DNA of 64,000 bases, from NCBI GenBank assembly GCA_026396175.1, contig JAPLXG010000006.1, positions 2,895 through 66,894 on the forward strand, read 5' to 3'. The position numbers and the translations under genes were made by a program. A model generated the notes under the pieces. It ran no database searches, was not told the origin of the DNA, and saw only the letters and a program-made list of their open reading frames with translations. Below, piece by piece: positions 1 to 9,405 of this stretch. The DNA comes from Candidatus Moraniibacteriota bacterium (GTDB taxonomy: Bacteria > Patescibacteriota > Minisyncoccia > Moranbacterales > UBA2206). How positions within the stretch are numbered: the stretch's first letter is position 1; each line of letters begins with the position of its first letter.

Positions 1-934
1 CTATCCTTTCACGACCCTTCAACTGCTTAAAAAATTCCAAATATTCTCCTTCCATATCAACGTCTTCGTCTCCCACGGACTGAATGCCGACTATTCTCAT
101 CTGTTCCGGAAAATCTGCGTTCGACATTTTTTTCAATTTAGCTCCGGATTTAATGGCACTTTCAACTACTTCCTCTGGATCCATATTTTTAAAATAGCCC
201 GCCTCGGCTTCATTTTTAAAATAATCCAGGAAAGGTTTTAAATTTTCTTCTCTTGTCTCCAGCCAAGCTCCGATCAAAATTAAATTATCAATTTTTCTAG
301 CAATCTCTTTAGCTACTTCGCTAGAGCCAGATTCCTGGTTGATGTCATTAATTGAAAGCAAAGATATCCGACCTCCCCATGAATGTCCAATTATATCAAT
401 TTTTTCTATCGCGGAATTGAGTGCTTTTAAGGCTGTCAAAACTTCCCTATTGGCACTATCGAAACTAAAATTTCCCTTACCCAAATATTTATCACTTTCT
501 TTTTTATTCAACTCAGATCTTTCCGGACAATGAACATAATTTTTTGCGCCTTCCCCTTCCACTTTTAAGGCGTTATGCCTCAAAACCAATACCGCCCTGC
601 CATTTTCTGCAAAATCATTTGCATATTTTGATTCTTGTAAAACAAAATCGCCCTTATAGCCCGGGCTAATTATCAGTACTTTTTTAACATCTCCTTCTTT
701 CGGACGATATAATTTCCCCTCCACAGTTTCTCCTGTTTCGGGATTTTTTAATTCCGTCCAAAATATTTCGCGATTTCCTATTTCGACTTCATTGTTGTCT
801 TGATCTATATCTTTTTCAAGTCGAAAAGATCTTTCCGGATTGAAATTCTCACAAAACAAATCCCTTAGGGGTTTGTCTTTTTTTGTTTCTACTTTTGTTT
901 CGGTAAAAGCTGGTTGTGTTGGTATATGTTCCAT
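1..934 (-). CDS. alpha/beta-fold serine hydrolase (esterase/lipase-like), C-terminus cut by window edge
   Basis: Minus-strand ORF from ATG at ~934 running off position 1 (not in the ORF track because it has no stop in the window); translation contains GHSWGG nucleophile elbow (GxSxG). Confidence 0.55.
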   Translation of the reverse strand, partial: MEHIPTQPAFTETKVETKKDKPLRDLFCENFNPERSFRLEKDIDQDNNEVEIGNREIFWTELKNPETGETVEGKLYRPKEGDVKKVLIISPGYKGDFVLQESKYANDFAENGRAVLVLRHNALKVEGEGAKNYVHCPERSELNKKESDKYLGKGNFSFDSANREVLTALKALNSAIEKIDIIGHSWGGRISLLSINDINQESGSSEVAKEIARKIDNLILIGAWLETREENLKPFLDYFKNEAEAGYFKNMDPEEVVESAIKSGAKLKKMSNADFPEQMRIVGIQSVGDEDVDMEGEYLEFFKQLKGRERI

Positions 935-1016
935 GGGTATGAGTTTAATAATAAATACGCAATATGCCGTTAACCACAATACTTATAAAAAACAGATAAT
1001 TTAAATTTATTTATTT

Positions 1017-2138
1017 CTATGGCGTCGTTGTTGTGTCAGTCGTACTTGTTGTGCCAAGCGAGGTGTTTAGCAGAGAATTTAACTCATCTGAGCTTTTCGG
1101 TGCGTCAATGCCGAAACTTTTTAGTTTATTTTGCATTGTTTCATCATATGTCAGGCCATATTCGGAAATTTTACTTCCGGCTTCGGTGGCAAAATCGGAA
1201 AAGGCAGTCATAAATCCTTCGATCTTCGAAAGATTGGCAATAGCACCCAGCGGGTCAGAGGGGTCGGACTGAAACAGGTTTCCTATACTTCCGGAATAAA
1301 GGGCAAAGCGCAAAGCTTTAAGGTGAATGTCAATTAAATCTTCCGGCACTTCCACGGCCTTCAATTGTTCGACTATTTTCTTTTGACTGGTCATTAGCTC
1401 TTGCAAGCCGGAAGAGCTTTGAGTGGAGATGGCGGTGGTGATTAGGTTGGTAAAGGTAGAAAGCATCTTGGTTGCATCGGGAATCTTTGTAATCGGTTCG
1501 GGGGAATTGCTGGTAAAAATATATGTTACGGCGGCCAAATAATCAATGCAGTCCTCCTTTCTCTTGGCAGTGGCTTTTTCTGCGCTGAGACTTCCGTAGT
1601 TTTGTTTTTTTATTTTGAAGTCACTTTTACTAACTTGAGGCATATCATCGACGGAAACTGTCTCGGGAGTTAGGGATTGGTCAACTAGCGCCCGAACATC
1701 ATCCATAGTAACCTGTTTGTTTTCAGCGGCGGCTTTGTCATTAAGATCGCTTACTTTTTGAGCAATATCTTCCGTGATATTTTTTTTTGATGAGTCGCCA
1801 AGCACGGCACTAGTCGGATCGACGGGATTGGTTGTGTCGGGAGTTGCAGCTCTTGTTCCATTGAATCCTGCAAGTTTATCTCCCGGTGCTTTTTTCAGCG
1901 GGTTATAACCGCTGCGCACTTCCGCGCCGTCAGAATAGCCGTCGCCGTCCGAGTCGGGATTGTGTGGATCGGTGCCGTAGATTTTTTCTTCGGAATCTGA
2001 AAGACCGTCCTGGTCGCTGTCAAGAAAAACACTTTTGGTGCCGTTGGAATTATTTTGGGCGCCAACATAGAAAGCAAAACTGGAAATAATCAGCAGTGCG
2101 AGAACGAAAAAAGAAAGGCTAATATTTTTTAGTTTCAT
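1017..2138 (-). CDS. secreted/anchored hypothetical protein with Asp-rich calcium-binding-like repeats
   Basis: 373 aa; N-terminal hydrophobic signal/anchor; DSDQDGLSDSEE and DPHNPDSDGDGYSDGAE motifs resemble thrombospondin type-3/Ca-binding repeats. Confidence 0.5.
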   Translation of the reverse strand: MKLKNISLSFFVLALLIISSFAFYVGAQNNSNGTKSVFLDSDQDGLSDSEEKIYGTDPHNPDSDGDGYSDGAEVRSGYNPLKKAPGDKLAGFNGTRAATPDTTNPVDPTSAVLGDSSKKNITEDIAQKVSDLNDKAAAENKQVTMDDVRALVDQSLTPETVSVDDMPQVSKSDFKIKKQNYGSLSAEKATAKRKEDCIDYLAAVTYIFTSNSPEPITKIPDATKMLSTFTNLITTAISTQSSSGLQELMTSQKKIVEQLKAVEVPEDLIDIHLKALRFALYSGSIGNLFQSDPSDPLGAIANLSKIEGFMTAFSDFATEAGSKISEYGLTYDETMQNKLKSFGIDAPKSSDELNSLLNTSLGTTSTTDTTTTP

Positions 2139-2222
2139 ATGTCGAAATTATACCATAATACTTGTTAATCTGTGAAGGGCTGGCAGCTTTATTTTTTTTG
2201 CTCGTTTTGGTATGATTAGGCT

Positions 2223-3839
2223 ATGAAAAAATTAGCGGAATTTATCGAGACTATTTTGGAAAAAAAGGTGGAGCCGATCTTTTGGTGCTTGACCTTTTTT
2301 GGGATTATTGAGGTACGGCTATACCTGGATAAATTCATCGCAAAATCCAGTTCCCCTTTGTTTGATTTGGTAGTGGACATCCACAATTTGCTCTTCTTTT
2401 TTCTCACAATCGCGCTAGTTTGGCTCATTTTGTGTGGCGTGCTCAAGAAAAATCCGTTTGAGCTGGCGAGTTTTATGCTTTGGGTGGCGCTGGCTATCAT
2501 CTTCCCGCCCATTTTTGATCTCCTGAAAACCGGCAGCGAAGTTTTTTGGAGCTTCTATCTGATCAGTGCGCCAAGTGATTTGATTTGGCAATACGGCACT
2601 ATTTTTGGTCATTTGCCTTCTGGGGTGGTTTATTTCGGCACTAAGATAGTTTTTGTCATCGGCGTGATATTACTCACCGGTCTGGTATACATAAAAACCA
2701 AAAAGTTTTCAAAAACTATTTTTACTGCTATCGGAACATATTCCGCGTTGTTTTTGATGGCGGCGTTTCCTTCGCTGTTTTATTATTTTGTCAGAGTCAT
2801 TTTGGGAAAGGCGGTTTTTTCCGTCTATGCCTTTGAGGTGATTCAATTTTTCGCCAAGTCAAGAATTTTTGGCATCGAGCTGGCGCCCGTTTTTGCTTTG
2901 CCCTATAACTTAAATTTAATTTATTTCCCGCTTTGCCTTGTCATCCTGGGCTATTTTTTCTGGAAGTCAGAGCCGAAAATGTTTCGAGCGGCCGTTCATA
3001 ATTTTCGTTATCCGCAAGTCATTTTTCACACAGGGCTCTTGTTTTTAGGCCTAGGCGTTGGTTTTTGGGAATATCAGGAAAATTTTGAGCTGAATTTGTT
3101 TTCCCTCTCGGCGGTTTTTTGTGTTCTTCTCAGCGTTCTTTTGGCTTGGGAAGCGTCAGTGGTAGTGAACGATATTCTTGATTATCAGGTGGACGCCGTT
3201 TCCAATCCGGAGCGGCCACTACAAAAAGGCATTTTTACGACTAGTCAATACGCGCAGTTTGGGGCGATTATGTTTTTTCTTTCAATCGTTGGCGCCGGAA
3301 TGGTAAATTACAAATTTGGTATTTTGCTTTTCATATATCAAGTTTTAGCTTGGTTCTACTCAGCCGAGCCTTTTCGCCTGAAGCGTTTTGTGCCAATCGC
3401 GTCAATCCTCAGCGCGGTGACGCTGCTCACGGTCTTTTTTTCCGGCTTCATTTTTTTCTCGCCCGAACAAAATCTGGAACGTCTTTCCTGGCGAATCATT
3501 TTTCTCCTGCTGATTACCTACACAGTTTCTTTGCCCATCAAAGATTTCAAAGACATTGAAGGCGACAAAAAAGACGGCGTGCGCACGATCCCGGTAATTT
3601 TTGGCGAAGAAAAAGGCCACCTCATAGTGGCTTCCGGCATTTTTCTGTCCTACGTGCTCAGCGTTTTTTTTATCAATGAATTTAGACTTTTTTGGTGGGC
3701 GATTCTTTTTGGCTCACTTTCTTTTTTGGTAGTGACCAACAAAAAAATCCACCCCAGACGTGTCTTTTGGTGGATTCTTCCACTAGTCACAATCTACGGC
3801 CTCATCGCGGTGAAGGTGGTTTTTGAGTTGACTTTTTAG
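2223..3839 (+). CDS. UbiA-family prenyltransferase fused to an N-terminal polytopic membrane domain
   Basis: 538 aa, very hydrophobic; C-terminal half carries NDILDYQVDAVSNPERP (NDxxDxxxD) and DIEGDKKDGVRT (DxxxD) UbiA Asp-rich motifs. Confidence 0.65.
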   Translation: MKKLAEFIETILEKKVEPIFWCLTFFGIIEVRLYLDKFIAKSSSPLFDLVVDIHNLLFFFLTIALVWLILCGVLKKNPFELASFMLWVALAIIFPPIFDLLKTGSEVFWSFYLISAPSDLIWQYGTIFGHLPSGVVYFGTKIVFVIGVILLTGLVYIKTKKFSKTIFTAIGTYSALFLMAAFPSLFYYFVRVILGKAVFSVYAFEVIQFFAKSRIFGIELAPVFALPYNLNLIYFPLCLVILGYFFWKSEPKMFRAAVHNFRYPQVIFHTGLLFLGLGVGFWEYQENFELNLFSLSAVFCVLLSVLLAWEASVVVNDILDYQVDAVSNPERPLQKGIFTTSQYAQFGAIMFFLSIVGAGMVNYKFGILLFIYQVLAWFYSAEPFRLKRFVPIASILSAVTLLTVFFSGFIFFSPEQNLERLSWRIIFLLLITYTVSLPIKDFKDIEGDKKDGVRTIPVIFGEEKGHLIVASGIFLSYVLSVFFINEFRLFWWAILFGSLSFLVVTNKKIHPRRVFWWILPLVTIYGLIAVKVVFELTF

Positions 3840-3920
3840 GGGATTTGTGCGAGGATGGAAAGTCGAAAGAGGCTAAGATAAATAATTAAACTTGTAACTT
3901 AAAAATTTGGGAGGTGAAAT

Positions 3921-4250
3921 ATGGCAGATGATGATGGAATTGGTGAACTTATTGCCTTGGGACTTATTGTTCTTATCGGAGCTGGCATATATGCGGTTCT
4001 TTGTGCCTTTGGATCACACGAATGTGGTGACGAGGTGACGAAAGAAGAGCTAACTAGGGCCAACTCAGAGGTGTCGGATGACGACAATAATGATGAAAAA
4101 TCTTTGTGTCAAGAAGCGGAAGAAAGAGGCGAGGATGTTTGCTGGAAGTGTCTTACAGTAGAGCCACAACGCTGTGGCGGTTGTGGCGGGTGTATTAAGT
4201 GCAATGGGGATGATGACGGAAGCGGTACTTGCTGTAGCTGGTGTGGATAG
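3921..4250 (+). CDS. small Cys-rich protein with N-terminal TM helix
   Basis: 109 aa; strong RBS GGGAGGTGAAAT before ATG; TM helix ~aa 8-30, acidic linker, 11 Cys in the last 45 aa (CGGCGGCIKC...CCSWCG). Confidence 0.5.
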   Translation: MADDDGIGELIALGLIVLIGAGIYAVLCAFGSHECGDEVTKEELTRANSEVSDDDNNDEKSLCQEAEERGEDVCWKCLTVEPQRCGGCGGCIKCNGDDDGSGTCCSWCG

Positions 4251-4429
4251 CTATTAGTTTAAGTCTCCATCTTGTGAACTATCTCACTGTTGGCTCATAT
4301 CTCCGATATGAAGCATTCACTTCTAACGCACCTTATAGCAAAAGGGCAACTTATAAATTAAGTTGCCCTTTTCCATTTGTCTCGAACTATGATTTTTATG
4401 ATTGAATGATTAGCGGGATTAAAAACAAA

Positions 4430-4470
4430 TGTCATCCTGAGCGCAGCGCAGCGGAGTCGAAGGATCTGCT
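4430..4470. repeat. Family A MITE-like palindromic element (TGTCATCCTGAGCG...CGCTCAGGATGACA), half copy
   Basis: Left arm only, fused to a family B element. Confidence 0.6.
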
Positions 4471-4495
4471 TTGTATTATTCAGAGCTTTATTTAT

Positions 4496-4660
4496 ATCTC
4501 CTTCGCCCTTCGGGAGAAGGTGGCCGAAGGCCGGATGAGGGCAAGGGTAATATAAAATAGAGATTAATATAAATAAGAATGATTAGTGGAGTATCAACAC
4601 CCTTGCCCTCACCTGTCACGTGCTCGTGACATCCTCTCCCGGAGGGCGAGGAAGGATGCT
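4496..4660. repeat. Family B composite palindromic repeat (CTTCGCCCTTCGGGAGAAGGTGGCC .. CCGGATGAGGGCAAGGG // CCCTTGCCCTCACCTGTCACG .. GACATCCTCTCCCGGAGGGCGAGG)
   Basis: Two half-elements in inverted orientation around an AT-rich spacer. Confidence 0.7.
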
Positions 4661-4665
4661 TTATT

Positions 4666-5511
4666 TTATATCAATTCCACCAACTTTTTCCAATCCTCCA
4701 AACTCAATTCTTGCGCTCGTTGATTTTGGGAAATCTCAATTTGTTTCAACTTTTCTTCAACAACAGCTTTTTCTAATTTCAAACTACTTGAAAGATTATT
4801 AACCAGTGTTTTTCTTTTAGCCGAAAACCCAGCTTTTACAATCCGAAAAAACTTTTTCATTCCTTCTTTGTTTCTTGTTTCTTGTTTCTTGTTTCTTGCT
4901 ATCCTGATAACTGCACTATCCACCTCCGGCACAGGAAAAAAAGCCTTTGCCGGAACAGTGAAAAGCAACTCTGGAGTAGCATAATATTGCACAGACAAAG
5001 CCAAAATACTCATCTTTCCGGCTTTGGCACAAATCCGCTCCGCCACTTCTTTTTGTACCATCAAAATCATTTCTGTCGGTGGATATTTTGTTTCCAAAAA
5101 TAAGCGAATAATTGGTGAAGTGATGTAATAGGGAATATTAGCAACCACTTTGTATTTAGTATCTGGTATCTGGTATTTGGTATTTTGTAAAATCAATTCG
5201 GGCAAATTTATTTCTAAGATATCGCCAAGCACTATTGTGGTGTTACTTTTGGAATTTAAAATTTTATCATTTGGATTTGATTTCAAATTTAAAATTTCAA
5301 ATTTCAAATTGCGAGCTGTCTTTTTCGCCAATTCCTCATCCGTTTCTATGGCAATCACTTTTCCCGCAAGCCTTGCTAGTTCTTTCGTCAGCACTCCTTC
5401 CCCCGGCCCCACCTCAATCACCAAATCATCCGCACTCAAATTAGCAGCTTGGATAATTTTGTCTAAAACGGTTTTATCTCGCAAAAAATTTTGACCTAAT
5501 TTTGTCGGCAT
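4666..5511 (-). CDS. rsmA: 16S rRNA (adenine1518/1519-N6)-dimethyltransferase
   Basis: GQNFL and VIEVGPGEG SAM-binding motifs; carries in-frame inserts from the AAATTTCAAAT repeat and the GGTATTTGGTAT repeat (QNTKYQIPDTKYK). Confidence 0.85.
   Translation of the reverse strand: MPTKLGQNFLRDKTVLDKIIQAANLSADDLVIEVGPGEGVLTKELARLAGKVIAIETDEELAKKTARNLKFEILNLKSNPNDKILNSKSNTTIVLGDILEINLPELILQNTKYQIPDTKYKVVANIPYYITSPIIRLFLETKYPPTEMILMVQKEVAERICAKAGKMSILALSVQYYATPELLFTVPAKAFFPVPEVDSAVIRIARNKKQETRNKEGMKKFFRIVKAGFSAKRKTLVNNLSSSLKLEKAVVEEKLKQIEISQNQRAQELSLEDWKKLVELI
5155..5190. repeat. Family F GGTATTTGGTAT / ATACCAAATACC repeat (also 5551-5585, 40188-40222, 62101-62137)
   Basis: AGTATCTGGTATCTGGTATTTGGTATT and inverted partner flank rsmA; copies lie inside rsmA and nfo and upstream of ORF 40225. 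Confidence 0.65.
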
Positions 5512-5580
5512 ATACTTTGGGTAAGAGGTAGTTAAGATTTTAGTACGCGATACTAAATACTAGATACCAAATACCAAATA

Positions 5581-6522
5581 CTAATTAAGTACTTCTTCCA
5601 CTTTCACGCCAATCACCCCTGCACCAATCGAAGCGATTTTTTGGAAAGCGACTTTGTCGAGATCGATGATGCGGCCTTTGCCTTGGGGGCCGTAGTCGTT
5701 GATTTGAACAATGACCGATTTGCCATTGGCAGTATTGGTTACTCTAGCATAATTTCCTCTGGCAATGGTAGTGCTGGCGGCAAATAGTCCGCCTTTGAAG
5801 GCGTACCAGGTGCCGATGCCCTTTTGGGCATTGCCGGTTTTAACATAGGTGCCCTGAGTGATCACTTCGGTCACTGGATCCTTGGTGATATTTTTTTCCA
5901 GCACAACGCGAGAAATTTCTTTGCCGTCACGATATGTAATTTTATATTTCACCTCGCGGATACCCGTTTCTCCTTCAGTTTGGGTGCTTTTTTCCCGCCA
6001 ACCCATTTTGTTATCCAGCTTGGTGATAGTTTTGTAGGCGATATCTTCCGGGATGACTTTTTCTTCCACATTGATGCGCGTGACAATGATTTGGGTATTA
6101 TTTTCCAAAAAACCGTTTACATCCGGCGTGGTTTTGTCCAAGCGTCCCAGCGTGACATTATTTTCGCCCAAAACTGTCACAATGTTTTTTGCGATAGTGT
6201 AATTTTCAATCTTTTTTCCATCCACTAGAATTTTTATGTTAACTGCTCGACGAATTCGGATATTCTCTCCTGGTAACAGGAGGCTAGCTTTATCCGGTAG
6301 GACTTCGTCGTGTTCAGAAAGGGTGATTTTTTGTTCAGCTAGAAAGTTATCCACAGTCTGCGCACTCGAATTTAGGCTTGAAGTAAGCCCATTATCGGAA
6401 AGGGTGACTAATCTTGGTTGCTCAGAAAAAAGTAATTCTCTTTTTTGCGAATGAAAAAAAGTCCTCCATAGGATGAAGATTATGAGTGTGAAAAATAGTA
6501 ATTTAATGAATTTTTTGGGCAT
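5581..6522 (-). CDS. cell-wall binding protein with DUF348-G5-3D architecture (YabE-like)
   Basis: G5 and C-terminal 3D domain recognisable; sits next to rsmA as yabE-ksgA does in Bacillus. Confidence 0.65.
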   Translation of the reverse strand: MPKKFIKLLFFTLIIFILWRTFFHSQKRELLFSEQPRLVTLSDNGLTSSLNSSAQTVDNFLAEQKITLSEHDEVLPDKASLLLPGENIRIRRAVNIKILVDGKKIENYTIAKNIVTVLGENNVTLGRLDKTTPDVNGFLENNTQIIVTRINVEEKVIPEDIAYKTITKLDNKMGWREKSTQTEGETGIREVKYKITYRDGKEISRVVLEKNITKDPVTEVITQGTYVKTGNAQKGIGTWYAFKGGLFAASTTIARGNYARVTNTANGKSVIVQINDYGPQGKGRIIDLDKVAFQKIASIGAGVIGVKVEEVLN

Positions 6523-6529
6523 CTATATT

Positions 6530-6700
6530 TATATCCCCTTCGCCCTTCGGGAGAAGGTGGCCCGCCGCGGCGGGCCGGATGAGGGCAAGGGCTTTATATT
6601 AAGAAAATACTAAATTAGCAAAGTTTATTCTTAGTTTATGACCCTTGCCCTCACCTGTCACGTGCTCGTGACATCCTCTCCCGGAGGGCGAGGAGGAATC
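6530..6700. repeat. Family B composite palindromic repeat
   Basis: Near-identical arms to the 4496-4660 copy. Confidence 0.7.
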
Positions 6701-6706
6701 CGACTT

Positions 6707-8233
6707 CTACTCACTCTTAAACCTGTACTGAATCGCCTCGGCGATGTGATTTGGTTTGATGCTTTCTGATTCTTCGAGGTCGGCAATCGTTCTTGCAACT
6801 TTGATAATCCGGAAATAGGCGCGCGCGCTGAGATAGAAGCTCGATAGCGCGTTTTTCATCAGCTCTGCTCCGGCGGTGTCCAGTTGGCAATATTTTTTGA
6901 TTTGCTCGCTTTCCATTTCACTGTTTGCGACTATTTTTGAGTCCAAAAAGCGCTTCTTTTGAATTTCGCGGGCTTTTTCTACGCGCAGTCGGATACTTTC
7001 GGAACCTTCTTGGGGGCTGGTTTCTGCTAATTTTTCGAATTTCAAACGCGGAACTTCAATGTGCAGATCAATGCGATCTAGAATCGGCCCGGAAATCTTG
7101 GCTTGGTAGCGAATAATATTTCCCGGACTGCAAGAGCAAGCCTTTTCCGGGTCAGTGGCGTTGCCGCAAGGACAAGGATTCATCGCGGCGACGAGGGTAA
7201 AACGAGCGGGAAATTCCAGCGTGCCTTGAGCGCGGGAAATGGTAATAAGGCCGTTTTCCAGTGGTTGACGTAGATTCTCCAAAACGGAACGAGAGAACTC
7301 AGAAAACTCGTCCAAAAACAGTATACCACGATGCGCGAGACTTATCTCGCCGGGTTTTGGGAATGTGCCACCACCGACGAGCGATGCGGCGCTCGCTGAG
7401 TGATGAGGAGAGCGGAATTGTCTTTTGGTGATGAGGCTATTTTCTTTGGGCAGGTAACCGGCGACGGAAAATATTTTTGTCACTTCCAATGCTTCGGGCA
7501 CGGTGAGGCGGGGCAAAATCGAAGTCATCGTTTTAGCAAGCAAGGTTTTTCCTGATCCGGGCGGGCCGTTGAGCAAAATATTATGCGCTCCGGCTGAAGC
7601 AATTTCCAAAGCTCGCTTGGCGTGTTCTTGCCCGCGGATATTTTTCATGTCATAGAGGTGCTCCTCTTGCTGAAAAAGTTTTTCCAGATCAGTTTTGGGA
7701 AAAAAATCGAGTGTCGCAATGTTTTCCAAGTGATTAAGCAACTCTTTGAGAGTAGAAACGGCAATGATATTGATTCCGTCAATAATTGAAGCTTCCTTGG
7801 CATTTTCCCGGGGAACAAAAAGCGTGTTGATGCCTTTTTCTTTAGCAAAAATAGTAACAAGTAGGACTCCCTTCACGGGCCTGATTCTGCCGTCTAGCGA
7901 TAGTTCCCCGATAAAAAGCTTATTAGTGTGGTTAAAGGTAATTTGCTTGGTGGCGAGGAGAAATCCCAGAGCAATTGGTAAGTCATAGAGCGGACCGACT
8001 TTTGGTAAATCAGCCGGAGCAAGATTCACTGTGATGCGACCACAGCGGTGTGGAGCGATAAGCCCACTATTTTTGATGGCCGAGCTGACGCGATCTTGCG
8101 ATTCTTTGATGGCAGTGTCAGGCAAACCGACAATATTGAAATGATGCATCCCAGCCGAAAGTGTGTCGACTTCCACTTCAACCAGCGCGCTTTTGAGACC
8201 AATAACAGCAGCAGAAAAAACTTTTGCGGACAT
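6707..8233 (-). CDS. comM: YifB/ComM-family Mg-chelatase-like AAA+ ATPase
   Basis: 508 aa; Walker A GPPGSGKT; SPHHSASAASLVGGG signature; C-terminal Mg-chelatase domain. Confidence 0.85.
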   Translation of the reverse strand: MSAKVFSAAVIGLKSALVEVEVDTLSAGMHHFNIVGLPDTAIKESQDRVSSAIKNSGLIAPHRCGRITVNLAPADLPKVGPLYDLPIALGFLLATKQITFNHTNKLFIGELSLDGRIRPVKGVLLVTIFAKEKGINTLFVPRENAKEASIIDGINIIAVSTLKELLNHLENIATLDFFPKTDLEKLFQQEEHLYDMKNIRGQEHAKRALEIASAGAHNILLNGPPGSGKTLLAKTMTSILPRLTVPEALEVTKIFSVAGYLPKENSLITKRQFRSPHHSASAASLVGGGTFPKPGEISLAHRGILFLDEFSEFSRSVLENLRQPLENGLITISRAQGTLEFPARFTLVAAMNPCPCGNATDPEKACSCSPGNIIRYQAKISGPILDRIDLHIEVPRLKFEKLAETSPQEGSESIRLRVEKAREIQKKRFLDSKIVANSEMESEQIKKYCQLDTAGAELMKNALSSFYLSARAYFRIIKVARTIADLEESESIKPNHIAEAIQYRFKSE

Positions 8234-8253
8234 AGTTTATTTTTTTAAATTTT

Positions 8254-8739
8254 TTATTTATACCCTCTTCTCCCGAGGGGAGAAGAGGATTTGATTATTA
8301 AAAGAAAAACTCCCAAGCAGATAAATATATCAGCCAAATTGAAAATTGGCCAGACCTTGAAATCAATAAAGTCTATTACGCAACCATAATGTAGTCTATC
8401 AAAAAGATTAGAAAGTGCGCCAGCAAGGATAAGAATCAAAGAATAATTTGAAATTTTAAATTTAAAATTTGAATTCAAATTAAAATTTTTAAATTTGAAA
8501 TTAAATAATTCATTTCTAATTTCAAACTTCAAATTCAAAATTAAAAAACTGACAAAAACAACAATGGCTATAATAAATCCTAGTATTGCCCAATTCGGCA
8601 GGCTTATCCCAAATGCTACGCCCTTGTTGCAAATATAAAATCCGCCAAAAGAGCGGATGATATATTTCGCTAACTGATCAATAAAAATCAGCAAGATTAT
8701 CAGTAGAAATGAGTTTTTATTCGTAGATTCGCATTTCAT
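8254..8739 (-). CDS. lspA: lipoprotein signal peptidase II
   Basis: LspA blocks ([27 protein letters not shown]); start placed at internal ATG ~8739 because the longer ORF overlaps the downstream dksA-like gene; in-frame low-complexity insert [17 protein letters not shown] from the AAATTTGAAAT repeat. Confidence 0.75.
   Translation of the reverse strand: MKCESTNKNSFLLIILLIFIDQLAKYIIRSFGGFYICNKGVAFGISLPNWAILGFIIAIVVFVSFLILNLKFEIRNELFNFKFKNFNLNSNFKFKISNYSLILILAGALSNLFDRLHYGCVIDFIDFKVWPIFNLADIFICLGVFLLIIKSSSPLGRRGYK
8440..8545. repeat. Family C low-complexity AAATTTGAAAT / TTTCAAATTT repeat tract (inside lspA)
   Basis: Tandem and degenerate GAAATTTTAAATTTAAAATTTGAATTCAAATT units; further tracts at 5270-5310, 46850-46975, 57665-57790, 62370-62525, 63485-63640 and 63985-64000. 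Confidence 0.65.
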
Positions 8740-8758
8740 TCGTAGTTTCGAATCGGGT

Positions 8759-9106
8759 TTAACATTTAATACAAGTCTTGGCACTCGGATTGGCGCGCAG
8801 CCGTTCGATATCGATTTCTTTTTGGCAGTTTTCACAAAGCCCATAGGTGCCTTTTTCCATCCGTTCCAGCGCGCTGATTATATCTTGCAGCTTTTTTTCC
8901 AAAGTGACTTCCACAGGCAAATTGTCCGTGTACTCTTCGACCTCAGTTGTGTTGTCTTCGCGGTCAGTTCCGACTTCGCCAAAAGTGGTTTCATAGTCCC
9001 CTTTTTCCTTGTCCACGGGTCGTGCAATGCGGGCTAGATTTTCCTCTAGATCAGTCCTTTCTTTTAATAAAAGAGCCTTCAGCTCGTCGAGTACTTGTTT
9101 ATCCAT
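8759..9106 (-). CDS. DksA/TraR-family C4 zinc-finger protein
   Basis: 115 aa; C-terminal CxxC...CxxC (CENCQKE...CIKC). Confidence 0.7.
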   Translation of the reverse strand: MDKQVLDELKALLLKERTDLEENLARIARPVDKEKGDYETTFGEVGTDREDNTTEVEEYTDNLPVEVTLEKKLQDIISALERMEKGTYGLCENCQKEIDIERLRANPSAKTCIKC

Positions 9107-9232
9107 AGTTGTTAGTTTAGTTGGTTAGTTTCCTTGCTGCTCTATTTTAGCAAAAATGCAGGAGGTTGTCTATTTTTAATTTTTTAGGCAGGCTCGTGTT
9201 TGTGATGGAAAAGTCCCTATTATGTCATTCTG

Positions 9233-9399
9233 AGCGAAGCGGAGCGAAGTCGAAGAATCTGCCATGGGTTATCATAAGCTTTACTATATTACATAAAACT
9301 TTCGGTAGTGGATAGTAGATCCTTGTGCCACCGCTAAAGCTACGGCGACACGCGATCGACTGCGTCCGTCCGCCAGCTGGCGGATCGCTCAGGATGATA
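9233..9399. repeat. Family A MITE-like palindromic element
   Basis: Terminal inverted repeats TGTCATTCTGAGCGAAGCGGAGCGAAGTCGAAGAATCTGC / GATCGCTCAGGATGATA; long imperfect hairpin. Confidence 0.7.
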
Positions 9400-9405
9400 A
9401 TCAAA

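Noticed and set aside
7330-7400. SPHHSASAASLVGGG segment of comM as another palindrome-derived insert (the DNA has a CGAGCG..CGCTCG palindrome)
   Set aside because: The HHxxSxxxLxGGG block is a native conserved signature of the YifB/ComM family. The small DNA palindrome is incidental.
8740-8844. N-terminal extensions of listed ORFs (lspA 8740-8844, yraN 9793-9834, membrane protein 25164-25235, PBP 53311-53442, rluD 48726-48764, metallophosphoesterase 58290-58331, TrmB 59041-59067, ORF 40081-40224)
   Set aside because: The extensions overlap neighbouring genes or are encoded by repeat elements. Internal ATGs with better context give proteins starting at conserved N-termini.
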